A DNA stretch of 64,000 nucleotides from Zootoca vivipara (taxonomy: Eukaryota). The notes beneath the pieces were generated by a model, which saw only the letters and a list, made by a program, of their open reading frames with translations, did no database searches and was not told the DNA's origin. The translations under genes were made by a program, and so were the position numbers. The DNA lies in assembly GCF_963506605.1 (NCBI RefSeq), contig NC_083276.1, forward strand, positions 34,286,001-34,350,000, given 5' to 3'. Shown here in pieces: positions 50,406 to 62,815 of this stretch. The number at the start of each line of letters is the position of its first letter. Position 1 is the first letter of the stretch.

Positions 50406-50474
50406 AATAATGTAAATATGGGGGAGTGGAGTTATTGCTTTGTTTTTATTATGTATTTTGGATTATTTATCTTG

Positions 50475-50734
50475 TAGTCATACCTCGGGTTACAGACGCT
50501 TCAAGTTGTGTCTTTTCGGGTTGCACACCGCGCGAACCCGGAAGTACCCGAATGCGTTACTTCTGGGTTTCGGCACTCGCGAATGCGCAGAAATGCTTAA
50601 TCGCACTTTGCACATGCGCAGAAGCGCCGAATTGCGACCCACGCGTGCGCAGATGCAGTGCTGTGGGTTGCGAATGCTGTGGCTTGCGAAGGTGCCTCCC
50701 GCACGGATCACGTTCGCAACCCAAGCATCCACTG
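50475..50734. mobile_element. Tc1/mariner-pogo MITE, CpG-rich, inside an L2-type 3'UTR
   Basis: termini tagtcatacctcgggtt / aacccaagcatccactg followed by TA. Confidence 0.75.
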
Positions 50735-50853
50735 TATTTTTATGTTGTAAACCATCCTGAGATCTGCGGATGAAGGGTGGTATACAAATTCTAATAACTT
50801 AAATTAAAATATAATAAATAACATGTGTAATTTCAAGGAGAACTAAACATTAT

Positions 50854-50886
<33 letters not shown>

Positions 50887-51737
50887 TAGTAACTGGGGTT
50901 TATTCAAGGAACAGTTTCAGTAAACCTTGATACTACTTTTGTAGCCATAAACTAACACCCCAGTCCAATGTCTACATTCATATTTAAAGGGCAAGGACAA
51001 GGGTGCATTGCTATTGCTTCACTATTAAACTTAGTTGGAAGAATTCCTATCTTCCACACCGAGTACATCCTACACTGTATTTCTAGTTATGAAAAAGCAA
51101 AAACACCTGTCACATAATAAAAGGCATAATAGCATATGCAAAGTCTGAGTTCCTGAATGTGAATGCTTACGATATAGTTCTAAAACTGCCGTTTTCCGCC
51201 CTCCCTGTATGCTTATAAAAAAGTCCCCCATGGTAGTGTAGAAAACACTTTTAAAAAGTCCTAGGGGGGAAGTTTCCTAGAGACTTTGAAATCCTTCCTA
51301 TTTCTGGTTCCTTTGGAGGTTTGTAAAATCAGCTCTCTTCTGCTGTCTCTCAACAAGGTAGAAAAAGAAAAAGAAAAATACCCCCTAGATATATTCCTTA
51401 GATTTTCTATTATGCTTCACAGGTTTTATACAGTTTCTGAAGTCAGTCTTATTTTTTTTATTGTCTTCTTTATTTTTGATCACTTTCTCAACCTCCCAAA
51501 AAGGGAGGGAATTAATATTTTTAAAACACTTTTGTGGGCATTATCAATTTAAAGGTCACGACTCAGGTACAATGATAAACTTAAAGAAGAATTGCATTAA
51601 ATTAGGGAGATTACCTACGGAATTCCTAAATTAAGTAAGGGAAGGGAATTACATATGGAATCACCCTTTTGTCTAAGTTTCGTCTCTTCCCAGATAACCA
51701 GCATAGTAGAATTCTACAAAGAAAAGGCTAGCTTACT

Positions 51738-52043
51738 TAAGGTAAAGATAAAGGGACCCCTGACCATTAGGTCCAGTCACGGACAACTCTGGGGTTGCGG
51801 CGCTCATCTCGCTTTACTGGCCGAGGGAGCCGGCGTACAGCTTCCGAGTCATGTGGCCAGTGAACCAGAGGAGCGCACGGAAACGGCGTTTACCTTCCTG
51901 CCGGAGCGGTACCATTTTATCTACTTTCACTTGACGTGCTTCCGAACTGCTAGGTGGGAGGAGCTGGGACCAAGCAACAGGAGCTCACCCCGTCGCGGGG
52001 ATTCAAACTGCTGACCTTCTGATCGGCAAGCCCAAGGCTCTGT
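51738..52043 (-). mobile_element. Sauria SINE lacking its 5' ~30 bp, fused to an L2 3'UTR (52040-52108, +)
   Basis: reverse SINE ends ...gcaagcccaaggctCTGT and continues directly as L2 CTGTtcagggaagtttttaatg...gttggaagctgcccaga. Confidence 0.85.
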
Positions 52044-53172
52044 TCAGGGAAGTTTTTAATGTGTGACATTTCAATGTATTTTAAATTTTTGTTGGAAGCT
52101 GCCCAGAATAACTCAAACTGTTCATTCTTCCTCCGGGTTCCTCTTTCTCAGTCATTCTTAGTTTTGAATCATTGCCTTTCCCATTTTGTTCCCAACATCT
52201 TAGGACCTGCCGCCATTGTTCACTCTGCCCTGTGTGAAGTTTTAATCCCAACCCAACTCACAACTTTCCCTCTCCTCACTGAAGATGACCTGCAAATTGT
52301 TTAGGTTCCTGAGAAACTGAAGGTTTTTCAACCATACCATCACAGACATGTGGAAGTTTCACCTCTAAAAAAATAGATTTTCTTTTCCTGCTTCCTGTAA
52401 TTGTGTGTGAATTTTACTTTCTAGAACTAGGTGTTTTGAAATTGACTAGTTCAATTGATTTGGCATCTGCTTTCCCCCTCATCGTTTATGATTCAACATT
52501 GCCCAGACTCTGAGACTATGTTATATTTTAGAGCCTAGTTAACATAGTAGTAGCATTCAAATGGAAAGAGGACACTGAGGGTGAACTGTTTAAGGGATAA
52601 TTAATGTGCATTAAGCTTATTGTATTCCGGCTTGCCTCACTCTTACAGATGTGTTCATACAACTTGCTCTGCTCTTAGGCTTTCCTCACTACAACCAACA
52701 ACAAAAGAACTGAGTGTGGCCATTGCTAAATTGTTAGGTTTGCATAAAAATGTGAATTTGAAAAAAGAAAGCTAAAGCTGCGCTCAAATTCAGTGTAAAC
52801 AACAAATAAGAATAATAATAAAATGTAAAAAAAATTAAGCCACCAATGTAAGTTGTCATCATTCTCGCAATACAGCTTTATACAACCAAGCTTGTTGTGA
52901 AATATTTGCAGTTAGAACAGGGGGTTGGGTTACCTCAGGCTTAAGGGCCCAATGAGGTCCCATTTGTCCCTTGGGACTCTCCACAAACCACACCCACTCC
53001 CCAGTCACAACACCTGTCCTTAGGCCGCACTCCCCACCAGTCCTGCTTCACAACCTCCTTGAGTGTTTTTGCCTAGCTGGAATGTGTCCTTGAATTCTGA
53101 TTATGCCTTTTGCCTGCTTGGGTGGAGGATAATGTTATGTGTACAAAAGTAAAATATACATGTCATTGCTAT

Positions 53173-53213
53173 GCTGGGGAAACCCAGCCGGATGGGTGGG
53201 GTACATATAATAA

Positions 53214-53264
<51 letters not shown>

Positions 53265-53272
53265 TTATTATT
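53173..53272 (+). mobile_element. L2 extreme 3' end with (TTA)n, lying between hAT-like fragments (~52918-53336)
   Basis: gctggggaaacccagccggatgggtggggta + TTA tail. Confidence 0.85.
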
Positions 53273-53700
53273 AGCCCTGGACTGTTGCCCAGAAGGGAAC
53301 ACAGCCCTTGGGTTGCAAAAGGTCCCCCATCTCTGAACGTGAGAAGTTGAATGCCCTCCATAAAGGATAATACATGTCACTCTGTACAGTAATCAAGAAG
53401 AGATGAAGAAAAGACTTCTTTGCCATACAAATTGCAATCTGCATAGAGGAAGAATGTGCTAACTCTGGAAACAAGTGTTTTAAATGTCTAGTCAAACAGA
53501 ATCTACTATCTTTCTGGAACTTCCTGAGATGTATTGATGACATTTACATAATCTGAGCAAGGAAGAAAAGGCTTGTCACATTCCACTGAGACTTCAGCGA
53601 GTTCTCCCCCACTATTTATCTGAGTCCACAGCAGCTTTGTTTTCTGGACACTACAGTGCAACTAAGCAATTGGAATATAAATGCCACCTTACACCAGACA

Positions 53701-53837
53701 CATACCCTCCAACATTTCTCCAATAAAAATAGGGGCATCCTAAGGAAAAGTGGGACATTATGGGATCAAATCAGGAACCAGGACGGCTTCTCTAAATCAG
53801 GGACATCCCTGGAAAATAGGTACACTTGGTGGGTCTG
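53701..53837. mobile_element. Non-autonomous DNA transposon, unclassified
   Basis: TIRs cataccctccaa / ttggtgggtctg; repeated gggac subterminal motifs. Confidence 0.7.
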
Positions 53838-54508
53838 TAGACAGCTACTAACTAATACACATAGCGGCATGCATTTTCCCAGAGAAAACTGGATGATTTA
53901 TCTTCTATAGTAAGCTAGGGATGCTGTGCCTAACATGTTTATGTCAGGCATTCATGAAACAACAAATCCCCATCCAGTTAAGGGAAGTGACAGCTTGACG
54001 AGGACCAACTTGTGGGCAGGTCTGCTTCAAGGCAGTGGTCTACAGTTGGGCTGACCTACAAACCTGGCATGGGATTTTCCCACTGCAAGGGCCTGACTTT
54101 CCTTCATCTGTGTATCGAGAGCTTTGTTTGCTTCTTTTTGGAATGTACTTTGTATTCATTTTCATCTTTAAACTGTTTAACATAGTTGCATTAAGAAGTT
54201 GCTTTGTGTACATTAGAGCATAAGACATGCACAATTACATAAAATAAAAAATAAGCACACAGATAAACGTTTCTGAATAGCAAAGTTGTGTTAAAATTAT
54301 TACAGTTATTACAGATTGCTTAGATTGGTGACCATAGAAGTTATAGGAATTTATAGGATCGCAGGGCTGTAAACTAAGAGTACTCTTCTACCATATGCCT
54401 CATTATTTGTATAATGAATAAAGTCACACCAGACTGCATTAAAATTGTTGTGTTTTTTTTGACCTCTTACTACTTTTTTTGGTTTCAGTTTTCCCCATAA
54501 TGTTGGCT

Positions 54509-54690
54509 TCCGTCATGGTCCTCTGTGTGCCAGTAGCGGTTTAGTCATGCTGGCCACATGACCCAGAAAGCTGTCTGTGGACAAACGCCAGCTCCCTCAG
54601 TCTGAAAAGCAAGATGAGCGCTGCAACCCCATAGTCGCCTTTGACTGGACTTTACCATCCAGGGGTCCTTTACCTATACATTACCTTACC
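54509..54690 (+). mobile_element. Sauria SINE 3' half
   Basis: agcggtttagtcatgctggccacatgaccc...gggtcctttacc. Confidence 0.85.
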
Positions 54691-54769
54691 ATGCCTCTTC
54701 TTCATTTTCTAAATCCCAATTCAGATCCCACGACCTTCTCAAATTTTGCTGAGGACAAAAATGTACCTC

Positions 54770-55440
54770 TATAGTAGATTTATACGAAGTTGGTATTAGT
54801 CCTTTTGTTCTTACGAGTATATTTTCTTCCACTATTATTTTTTCATATGTTTTTAATTGCATTGTGGCTTTGTTGTTTTAACCTCAGAATTTGTTTTAAA
54901 GGACCTTAATTGGTAGCCTAATGGCCATGATATTCAAACATTCCCCAACTGAATTTGCATCTCATTAATGGTAAGTGGTCGTCCATCTTTGTAAATATCT
55001 TTCAAATAATACCATTGCTTTTCTTTCCACGTATCTATCTTATAGGCTCTATATTTATTTCTGAAAAATGGGTATGGTATAATGAGACAGAGGCCTTGGA
55101 CTAGAACCTTTGCCCCTTTGCTCAAATCTTGAAAGTTGTGTGAATGGATTTGCAAGCCAATGTAAAGAGTAGATTTTTTTTAAGGTGTTGCTTTTATATA
55201 TTACTATCTCCAAGTTCTCTATTGTGCTCCATTGGGTTCCCTTATTTCCAGATGTTTGGTATTGTCATGTTGCTGAGTTGAGGTGTGTCGCAATAGCTGT
55301 TTAAATTTGGGGGTCCCCATCCCCCAACGTTTGGGTGAAGGTACAGCAAAGATTTTTTTAATGGGTGGTCTGTCTGGTTGAAATATGAGTTTGTTAAGTT
55401 TTCTTTGTCATTTGGACATATGGGATGGACATATGGGATG
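54770..55440 (-). mobile_element. L1/Tx1-type LINE ORF2 fragment, degenerate
   Basis: minus-strand GGWGTPNLNSY (GGLxLPN motif) and ..TWKEKQWYYLKDIYKDGRPLT.. Confidence 0.6.
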
Positions 55441-56185
55441 TTTTATCTCCCCCTTCTCTTCCTACCAATCTAAGCACCTGTTGGTGGAGTCTGTCCAATC
55501 GGAAGGAAAGGGAGTGGGTGCATTCTGTGACAGCTAGGTAATGAGGAGCTGGGCTCTTGGTCAGAGCGTATCAAAGCAACAGGGAGGTGGTTTGGTATGC
55601 AATCTGTCTTGTAAGAGAGCAGGGTCCCTGGCGGGCACCGTAACATGCCTCTGATGGAAACAAGATGCCAAGTGTGGACATCATCCTTGCAACTCTAGTG
55701 TTAGGGCTATATGACAGTCACGGTCAACTATTGACACCACTGTTCATGAATTACAAAATTTTGCATGGTATTTTATTTTCTAAAAGAAAACAAAAATAGT
55801 CCCCATCCAGCCACTTTTGCAGAAATAGTCTCGCCATTTTGGTCATCTTTTCCTGACTTTCTTTGAATCCTGGGTGGTTAACCTGAAGTGCATGTTGTGA
55901 TTTTTTTTTTGAGTTTGTGTGTGTGTGTGTGTTTTAAAAGAGTACAAAAATGTTTCCTCTCCACAGCAACATTCTTCACTTTGCAGCAAGGCTATTCTTT
56001 CCTTCATTAGCACACTGCTAAGGGGGAAGCAGCTTTCATTGCTCCAAATAAAGTCCTCAGCAAATAGATATGGATATCAATACTTTATTTGCGAAGTGCT
56101 TGACGTATTCAACACATGCGCCATTATGGAAGGCTTTAACTCCAAGCAAAAAAGATTTGTGGCAAAGCATATGACCTTCTCCCCA

Positions 56186-56397
56186 NNNNNNNNNNNNNNN
56201 NNNNNNNNNNNNNNNNNNNNNNNNNNNNNNNNNNNNNNNNNNNNNNNNNNNNNNNNNNNNNNNNNNNNNNNNNNNNNNNNNNNNNNNNNNNNNNNNNNNN
56301 NNNNNNNNNNNNNNNNNNNNNNNNNNNNNNNNNNNNNNNNNNNNNNNNNNNNNNNNNNNNNNNNNNNNNNNNNNNNNNNNNNNNNNNNNNNNNNNNN
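56186..56397. other. N-run, 212 nt
   Basis: counted directly; unique flanks. Confidence 0.99.
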
Positions 56398-57202
56398 TTG
56401 TTTACTAAATATTTTACATCCTTTTTCCTGTCCCCCCCCCCCTTGCAGACTTCCATGTGCAGAGCAAAAGAATTCTTTCCGGGAATTTTATTTTATTTTT
56501 ATTTTTTTTAAAAAAGTTTCAGCCTGGGGATTCTTTCTGTCTTTTTCCTTTCTGGTATTGTATCGGAGCAAGACATTTTATTTTGTTTATAGAAAAATTT
56601 ACCCAGTAGAAATGAAAAGCCTTAGGGTGGAAAGAAAACTTCAGTGGTGCCTAGTTCAAAAGGAGGAGGAAATAAGAGGAAATAAGACAAACTTCAAGCC
56701 ACTTTACCTTGGGGCTCTCAGTCCCTTCCTCATCCTCTGCAGACACATCAGTAGCAAGTATCTCTGCTTTGATGATACCCAGAGCCCTCAGAATCCAGCT
56801 GTGTTGTCGTTTGATTTGCCTCTGTAGTTCCTTCCACTGACTTCCAATCATCTGCAGCATGTCCTTCAGTCCTTCTCGCAGAAAAATAAAATAAAACGAG
56901 AGAGAAACAAATTAAGTCATGCATTCGACTTCATCGTTTAATAACATTATTTATACTAAAGGCAGCAAAGAATTTCCCAGGGGAACAAAAAGAACAGGGT
57001 GTGTGGGGTGGGGGGTGGGGGGGATGAAATCCCCTTGACCTTAAGTATTTCATCACACTTTACAGAGAAATCTGATCTGGAATTCTAACCTATTGTTATT
57101 GCAAACGACTGGATAGGACCAAAATGTGACACACCTGGCAAAACGTGATCTGCTATAATTTCTGAATGAATACCGAAAAATAAAGCAATCTATGTTGAAG
57201 AA

Positions 57203-57568
57203 GGGACACGGGTGGCGCTGTGGTGAAACCACTGAGCCTCTTGGGCTTGCCGGTCGGAAGGTCAGCGGTTCGGATCCCCGCGACGGGGTGAGCTCCCATT
57301 GCTCTGTCCCTGCTCCTGCCAACCTAGCAGTTCGAAAGCACGCCAAAAGTGCAAGTAGACAAATAGGTACCGCTCCGGCGGGAAGGTAAACGGCGTTTCC
57401 GTGCGCTGCTCTGGTTTCGCTAGAAGCGGCTTTGTCATGCTGGCCACATGACCCGGATAAACTGTCTGCGCACAAACACCGGCTCCCTCGGCCAGTAAAG
57501 CAAGATGAGCGCCGCAACCCCAGAGTCATTCGTGACTGGACTTAATTGTTAAGGGGTCCTTTACCTTT
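57203..57568 (+). mobile_element. Sauria SINE, full length, ~12-bp TSD
   Basis: gggacacgggtggcgctg head; TSD tatgttgaagaa (57191-57202) / tacgttgaagaa (57569-57580). Confidence 0.95.
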
Positions 57569-58381
57569 TACGTTGAAGAAACAAGCAAGAAATTCATATT
57601 TCAGCCCTGTTCACTGAACAAAATGCTGTTCCAGACACATATCATTTTCCTTTTTCCTTTTTCTTTTTTTAAAAAAACCATATTTATTGCATAACAGCTA
57701 TGCAATGATCTATCATGGGGTTGTGGTTTGTTTGTTTTTGAGACTGATACATTCAGGATATTATGCCAATCAGCCAACTGGCTTAACATAGCATGAATGT
57801 TTTGAGAGAAAAAGTCTGTTTCATGTTCTATCAGAGTGTATGCAGGTAGAGAAGTAATAGATGTAAAAACTCAAATAATAATCACACTAAAACCCAGATG
57901 ACAACTTCATCTTAGGGGGGGGGGGAATACCTTTTTCCAACCAGACCAAAATAAAGCCTGAAATCTCTAGGCTTGTAGAGCGTGCTGATTAAAACCATCC
58001 TATTAAACTAGTCATGCAAAGTTCCAAAAACATGACAAAAGTTATTATTCATTCTGACTTAAGGCTTTTACTGAAAAGGACAAGCATAACTAAAGGAAAT
58101 AATATTCCTAATCTTAAAATCTTTCCTAATAAATACTTTAAAATTGCAGTAAGAATTAGCTTAAATGGCAAAGGAGCATTTACCAATGCGATTACTCATG
58201 CTTACTATGTAAAATATATATGTGTGTGTATAGATATGAAATCCTAATTTATCATCTTAATGTTATTTCCATAGCACCTACATCAAAGAATATGTCAGCG
58301 TGAAGTTTTCAGTGATGTAATTTCAATTGAAACTCAGCTGAGCATTGAGACCAAAATAAAATGAACAGACTATTTGCTGGC

Positions 58382-58529
58382 NNNNNNNNNNNNNNNNNNN
58401 NNNNNNNNNNNNNNNNNNNNNNNNNNNNNNNNNNNNNNNNNNNNNNNNNNNNNNNNNNNNNNNNNNNNNNNNNNNNNNNNNNNNNNNNNNNNNNNNNNNN
58501 NNNNNNNNNNNNNNNNNNNNNNNNNNNNN
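58382..58529. other. N-run, 148 nt
   Basis: counted directly; unique flanks. Confidence 0.99.
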
Positions 58530-61462
58530 ATAGTCTGGAGACATAAAGACTTGCAATAATTCAGAAGGATTTACCTGATTTGTGAGATACTATAAGATCA
58601 AGAAGTTGGCGTCCTTCTTCTACAACAGCTTCCTTCAAAGCACAGTGGCTGTCTACATTCAGCTTAAAACTCTGCAAGGGAAATTATATATATGTATATT
58701 TATATTTATATATAGACGGAAATGGTAGAGAAGCATTCTAACATAAAGCATTTGTACTAAATTACTTGCTATTTTTTATCAAGAACCGCAGTGCCATTTA
58801 CTCAACGGCCACATACATTTGCAATACTGAAAACTATTGATATTTCAGAAGGGAGCTCAAAATGTTTCCATTAGATTAGCAAAGTGCATCTGTGTTGAAA
58901 CAGCTGACAAATCTAGAAATTCATTAAGTTTTATGAAAACATGTAACCTGTAGGCAATATCTGGAATAACAGTGTCCTATAAAATACACTGAACTGGAGC
59001 CATCAGTTCATGAACGCTCTTTTTCCTAAATAAATAAATTCAAATATTGGAGAATAAATGATTTCTATAAATATATGCAGCGTATATTTTTATCCAGTCA
59101 AACAAAATATTGCAACAAATTAGTTCTGTTGTTCAGGTTCACGATAGTCCACTATTGTATTTATTTTGGTGGTAATCAATTTTGTTTTGACAACTAGACA
59201 AAGGAAGAACAACAAAGGAACTCGCGGAACTCTGTGTGAACTTGTGGCACCTCTCTGAGTATTTGATGTACGTCACACAGCAGCCTTTACAAGGGAAGAC
59301 CTGCAAAGTTTAATGGAAAGAATCTTACATTTATACACGGAGCACAACATACTCATTCTTGCACACTTACAGCACTCACCCCTCCACACACCCGGGCTTA
59401 CTTCTCCCTTTCCCTTCCTTTACTCCTAACTTCACTAGAAATGATAGGAACGATCTCTCCACCTGTCAAGGCAGAAAGTCCTGCACACTGCCTCGCTCCT
59501 ACATTCAAAACAGCTGGGCCCAGGAGAAGTGGATGGCTAAAAGAGTGCCCATTTTTGGAATGATTTGGAAGGGGCTAGAAAAATGGTAAAATATGCTGAC
59601 AGCTAAGGTCAAATGACAAATACTAGCAATATAATTTTGCGGTGTAATGCTATGCATGTTAGTCTCATTGCATGTATAAATTTAAGTCACTGTTTTATTG
59701 TGGGCACTGGGCTGCCGTGGAAGGACTTTCCCTGAAAAGTGGCACAGAAACACTGGAAACAAACAAACAAACAAACAAACAAAGCCACTTGCTATCTAAC
59801 CACCATATTCATTCTTCACTACAGTATTTCAACTATACACCGGGGTGAGGATTCACTTTGGCCCAGCCAGATGGATCCAAAAGTGCCCACTCCTCCACAG
59901 GCCACTTTGGGCAGATGTGTGGGGTGGCCCATGTGGCGTCATATACAGTAGAGGAATCTGTGCCTGCTTTCAGCCGCGATTGGCTCCATTTGGGAGCTTC
60001 TGGATGGAGATCCCGAGCGCAGCCAATTCCAGCATGGCTTGCATTCAGCACTGAATTTAATTTAGAGGTGTCTTATGAAACTTTGAAAGCAACCTGCCCG
60101 CTCACCTTGTCCCCTGGTATGTCAGTGAGGAGTCGGCTAATAAAACACAATTGCAGAATGGTGTGAGCCGCACACAAGGCTCTCGTGCCTTTAAAAGCAG
60201 CACAGAAGTTGGCATCTGAGCGGCTACAGTTTGCTGTATCATGTGAGAAATGCACTGTCAATTTCTATAAAGAAATTAAAGATGGAAGACCTCTCTCTGT
60301 CTTCGTATCTTTAGATACCGCTAATGAATGATCACAGAAAGCCCCTCCCGAAGCTCCCAACACAAATTCATGCTGTGCTATTTTTTTTATGGCATTCAGT
60401 TTGTCATCTAGAATTCTTTTAAAAACAAATATATTTTAGGGAGCTAAGGAACCCAATTTAAACATTTTGATTTTCCACAAAGATGCTCACATTTAAAAAC
60501 TGAGGTGGCCGACAAAAATAACTTTTTATATATATTATTAGGCAAGTAATGCCAAAACCGGAATGAAAATGAGATGGAGCCAAAAATATAAACTGGGTCA
60601 AGCATCCAGAAGAGAAGAAGAAGAAAAACAACATTACTTTTTGTGCAGCTCCTTTTCGTAAAGCTTCACTTTCCGTGAAACCTTTTCTAGAAGTTCCTTT
60701 CATGAAAGTGAGCTCAAACAATATTAAATTTACTGTTTACTTAAAACAGGCCTGTGTTGAATAGTTTGTAATCATGCACTTCACAAGAGATGTACCATGC
60801 GAGTGCCTCATAGCAAAAGAAAACCTAAAGGGCCCGAGAGGAGGTTGGATAATTTCATGTAATTGAAGCGGAGCATCGATGCAGCTGGATGTGGCGCAGC
60901 CTCAAGATGATGGGGATGCGTTTGATAGGAAAATTGGAAAAGATGAGGTATTCTTCTTCATTAGAAAAAATAGACTTGCTGCCCTAGAAAAGATTCATTT
61001 AACATAACATATCAAGTATACAATGCAGCTTGATTTACAGGTGCACCTATTAACCAGTAATAATGTTGACTGAAGAAGTAAAATATGATGAATAAAGATG
61101 GGCCAAAACTCTGGGGCTTGATTTGCAATTTTACAGTTGCACAGAATTTAGACTTCGGCGTCTTAATTTGCTGCAAAGCACAAATAGCGAAATCTGGCAA
61201 CAGATTAACCAATAACACATTGGTCTTAAGGGGGGAACTCTTTTCACTAACTGCAAGCATCGTAGCAAACAAGAGCAAAATAGATGGTAGTCAGTGGCAC
61301 ATTACATTATCTCCATTCAGGTGTGTGCCTTTTACTTCTTCTGCAGAGTTAAAGCTGGCTGCTTCCCAGAGAAAATAACTCAATGCTGACAGACTAGGCA
61401 GATCTGGCATCAACAGCACAGTTTTACAGGTAGGAGCATGGGGAGGTGGGCAGCTAGGAGCA

Positions 61463-61556
61463 GTAAAGGTAAAAGGTAAAGGACCCCTGAATGGTTAAGT
61501 CCAGTCAAAGGCGACTATGGGGTTGCGGCGCTTATCTTGCTTTCAGGCCGAGGGAG
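61463..61556 (-). mobile_element. Sauria SINE 3' fragment
   Basis: gtaaaggtaaaaggtaaaggacccctg...ggggttgcggcgct...ggccgagggag. Confidence 0.88.
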
Positions 61557-61727
61557 AATTCTTTCATAATCCAAATGCCTAGCTAAATAAAAATATGTGT
61601 AGCCTTTTCTTAAATATCACTGCAGTGTATATATGAAGCTCTTTGTTCCTGCATGCTGAGGTCCTATGTCATATTCAACAAAGTGTTAAGCAGATCGTTT
61701 TGTCAGTCCAAGGATTTCTCCTTGTGC

Positions 61728-61776
<49 letters not shown>

Positions 61777-62075
61777 TATATTTATACCCCACCCATCTGG
61801 CTGGGTTTCCCCAGCCACTCTGGGTGGCTTCCAACAAAATATTAAAATACAATAGTCCTTCAGATATTAAAAGCTTCCCTAAACAGGGCTGCCTTCAGAT
61901 GTCTTCTAAAAGTCTGGTAGTTGTTTTTTCCTTTGACATCTGATGGGAGGGTGTTCCACAGGGTGGGCGCCACTACCGAGAAGGCCCTCAGCCTGGTTCT
62001 CTGTAGCTTCACTTCTCACAGTGAGGGAACCGCCAAAAGGCCCTCGGCGCTGGACCTCCGTGTCCTGGCAGAACA
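61728..62075 (-). mobile_element. L2 3' fragment with (AAT)n tail
   Basis: reverse complement of the 27544 family. Confidence 0.92.
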
Positions 62076-62549
62076 ATGCAACAGAACAATCACCTGCTCT
62101 CCTCTCCCTGTGTCCCTGTGCACCTCCTAAATCTGTTCCCCCAAACCCTCCAGAGCAGATCTGGAGGTGGAACATGCAGGTGGAAGAGACAGGGAACAAC
62201 CCACTGAGCTGGTGCAATTTTGCAGTTGAATACTGTACTGCCTACGGTTTCTAAGCCAATGTACATTGTTCTTTTTTTCTGAGCCAGCAAAATCCAAGGT
62301 ATACTTAATATAGCATTGGGTGAAGCTGACTGTATCTCTGTCTCTAACACTGGGTATATTGGCAGTTATTGTTTTAATAAAATCCAGACCTTTTACATGG
62401 TTACGAAGATATTTTGAAACTATTTCAGACAGTATGGTTGCATACTGCAGTACTCATAGATGTGCGGTTGTTTGTGTTCTGAATTACACCCAGTGCATGT
62501 CATGTTCCTAAAACAGCAAAGTGAAGTATAGGAAGAAACGAAGCATGTC

Positions 62550-62815
62550 TGTCTTGGATCCATTGCTGTACGGCTTCAGGACTGAAACTGCCTTGGTCGC
62601 CATGGCTGATGACATTTATTGAGAGAGAGATGGGGGAAACCTTGCTTATTCTCCTTGAACTCTCAGTGGATTTTGACACTGTCGTACTGTTGACCACAAT
62701 ACCCTTCTGGAGCATCTCAAGGGGTTTGGGGGAGCTGTGCTTCAGTGGTCCCACTCCTACCTCCAGGGTTTTCTCCAGAAAGCAGTCATGGGAGGCTACT
62801 GCAGCCCCGTGGGAG
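62550..62815 (+). mobile_element. L2 reverse-transcriptase fragment, degenerate
   Basis: YGFR.TETALVAMADD...LLILLELSVDFDTV (compare LLxLLDLSAAFDTV). Confidence 0.75.

Noticed and set aside
14480-58559. Long ORFs spanning N-runs (e.g. 55919-56827, 19909-20466)
   Set aside because: Artefacts of Ns having no stop codons; gap edges do not match splice-site dinucleotide pairs.
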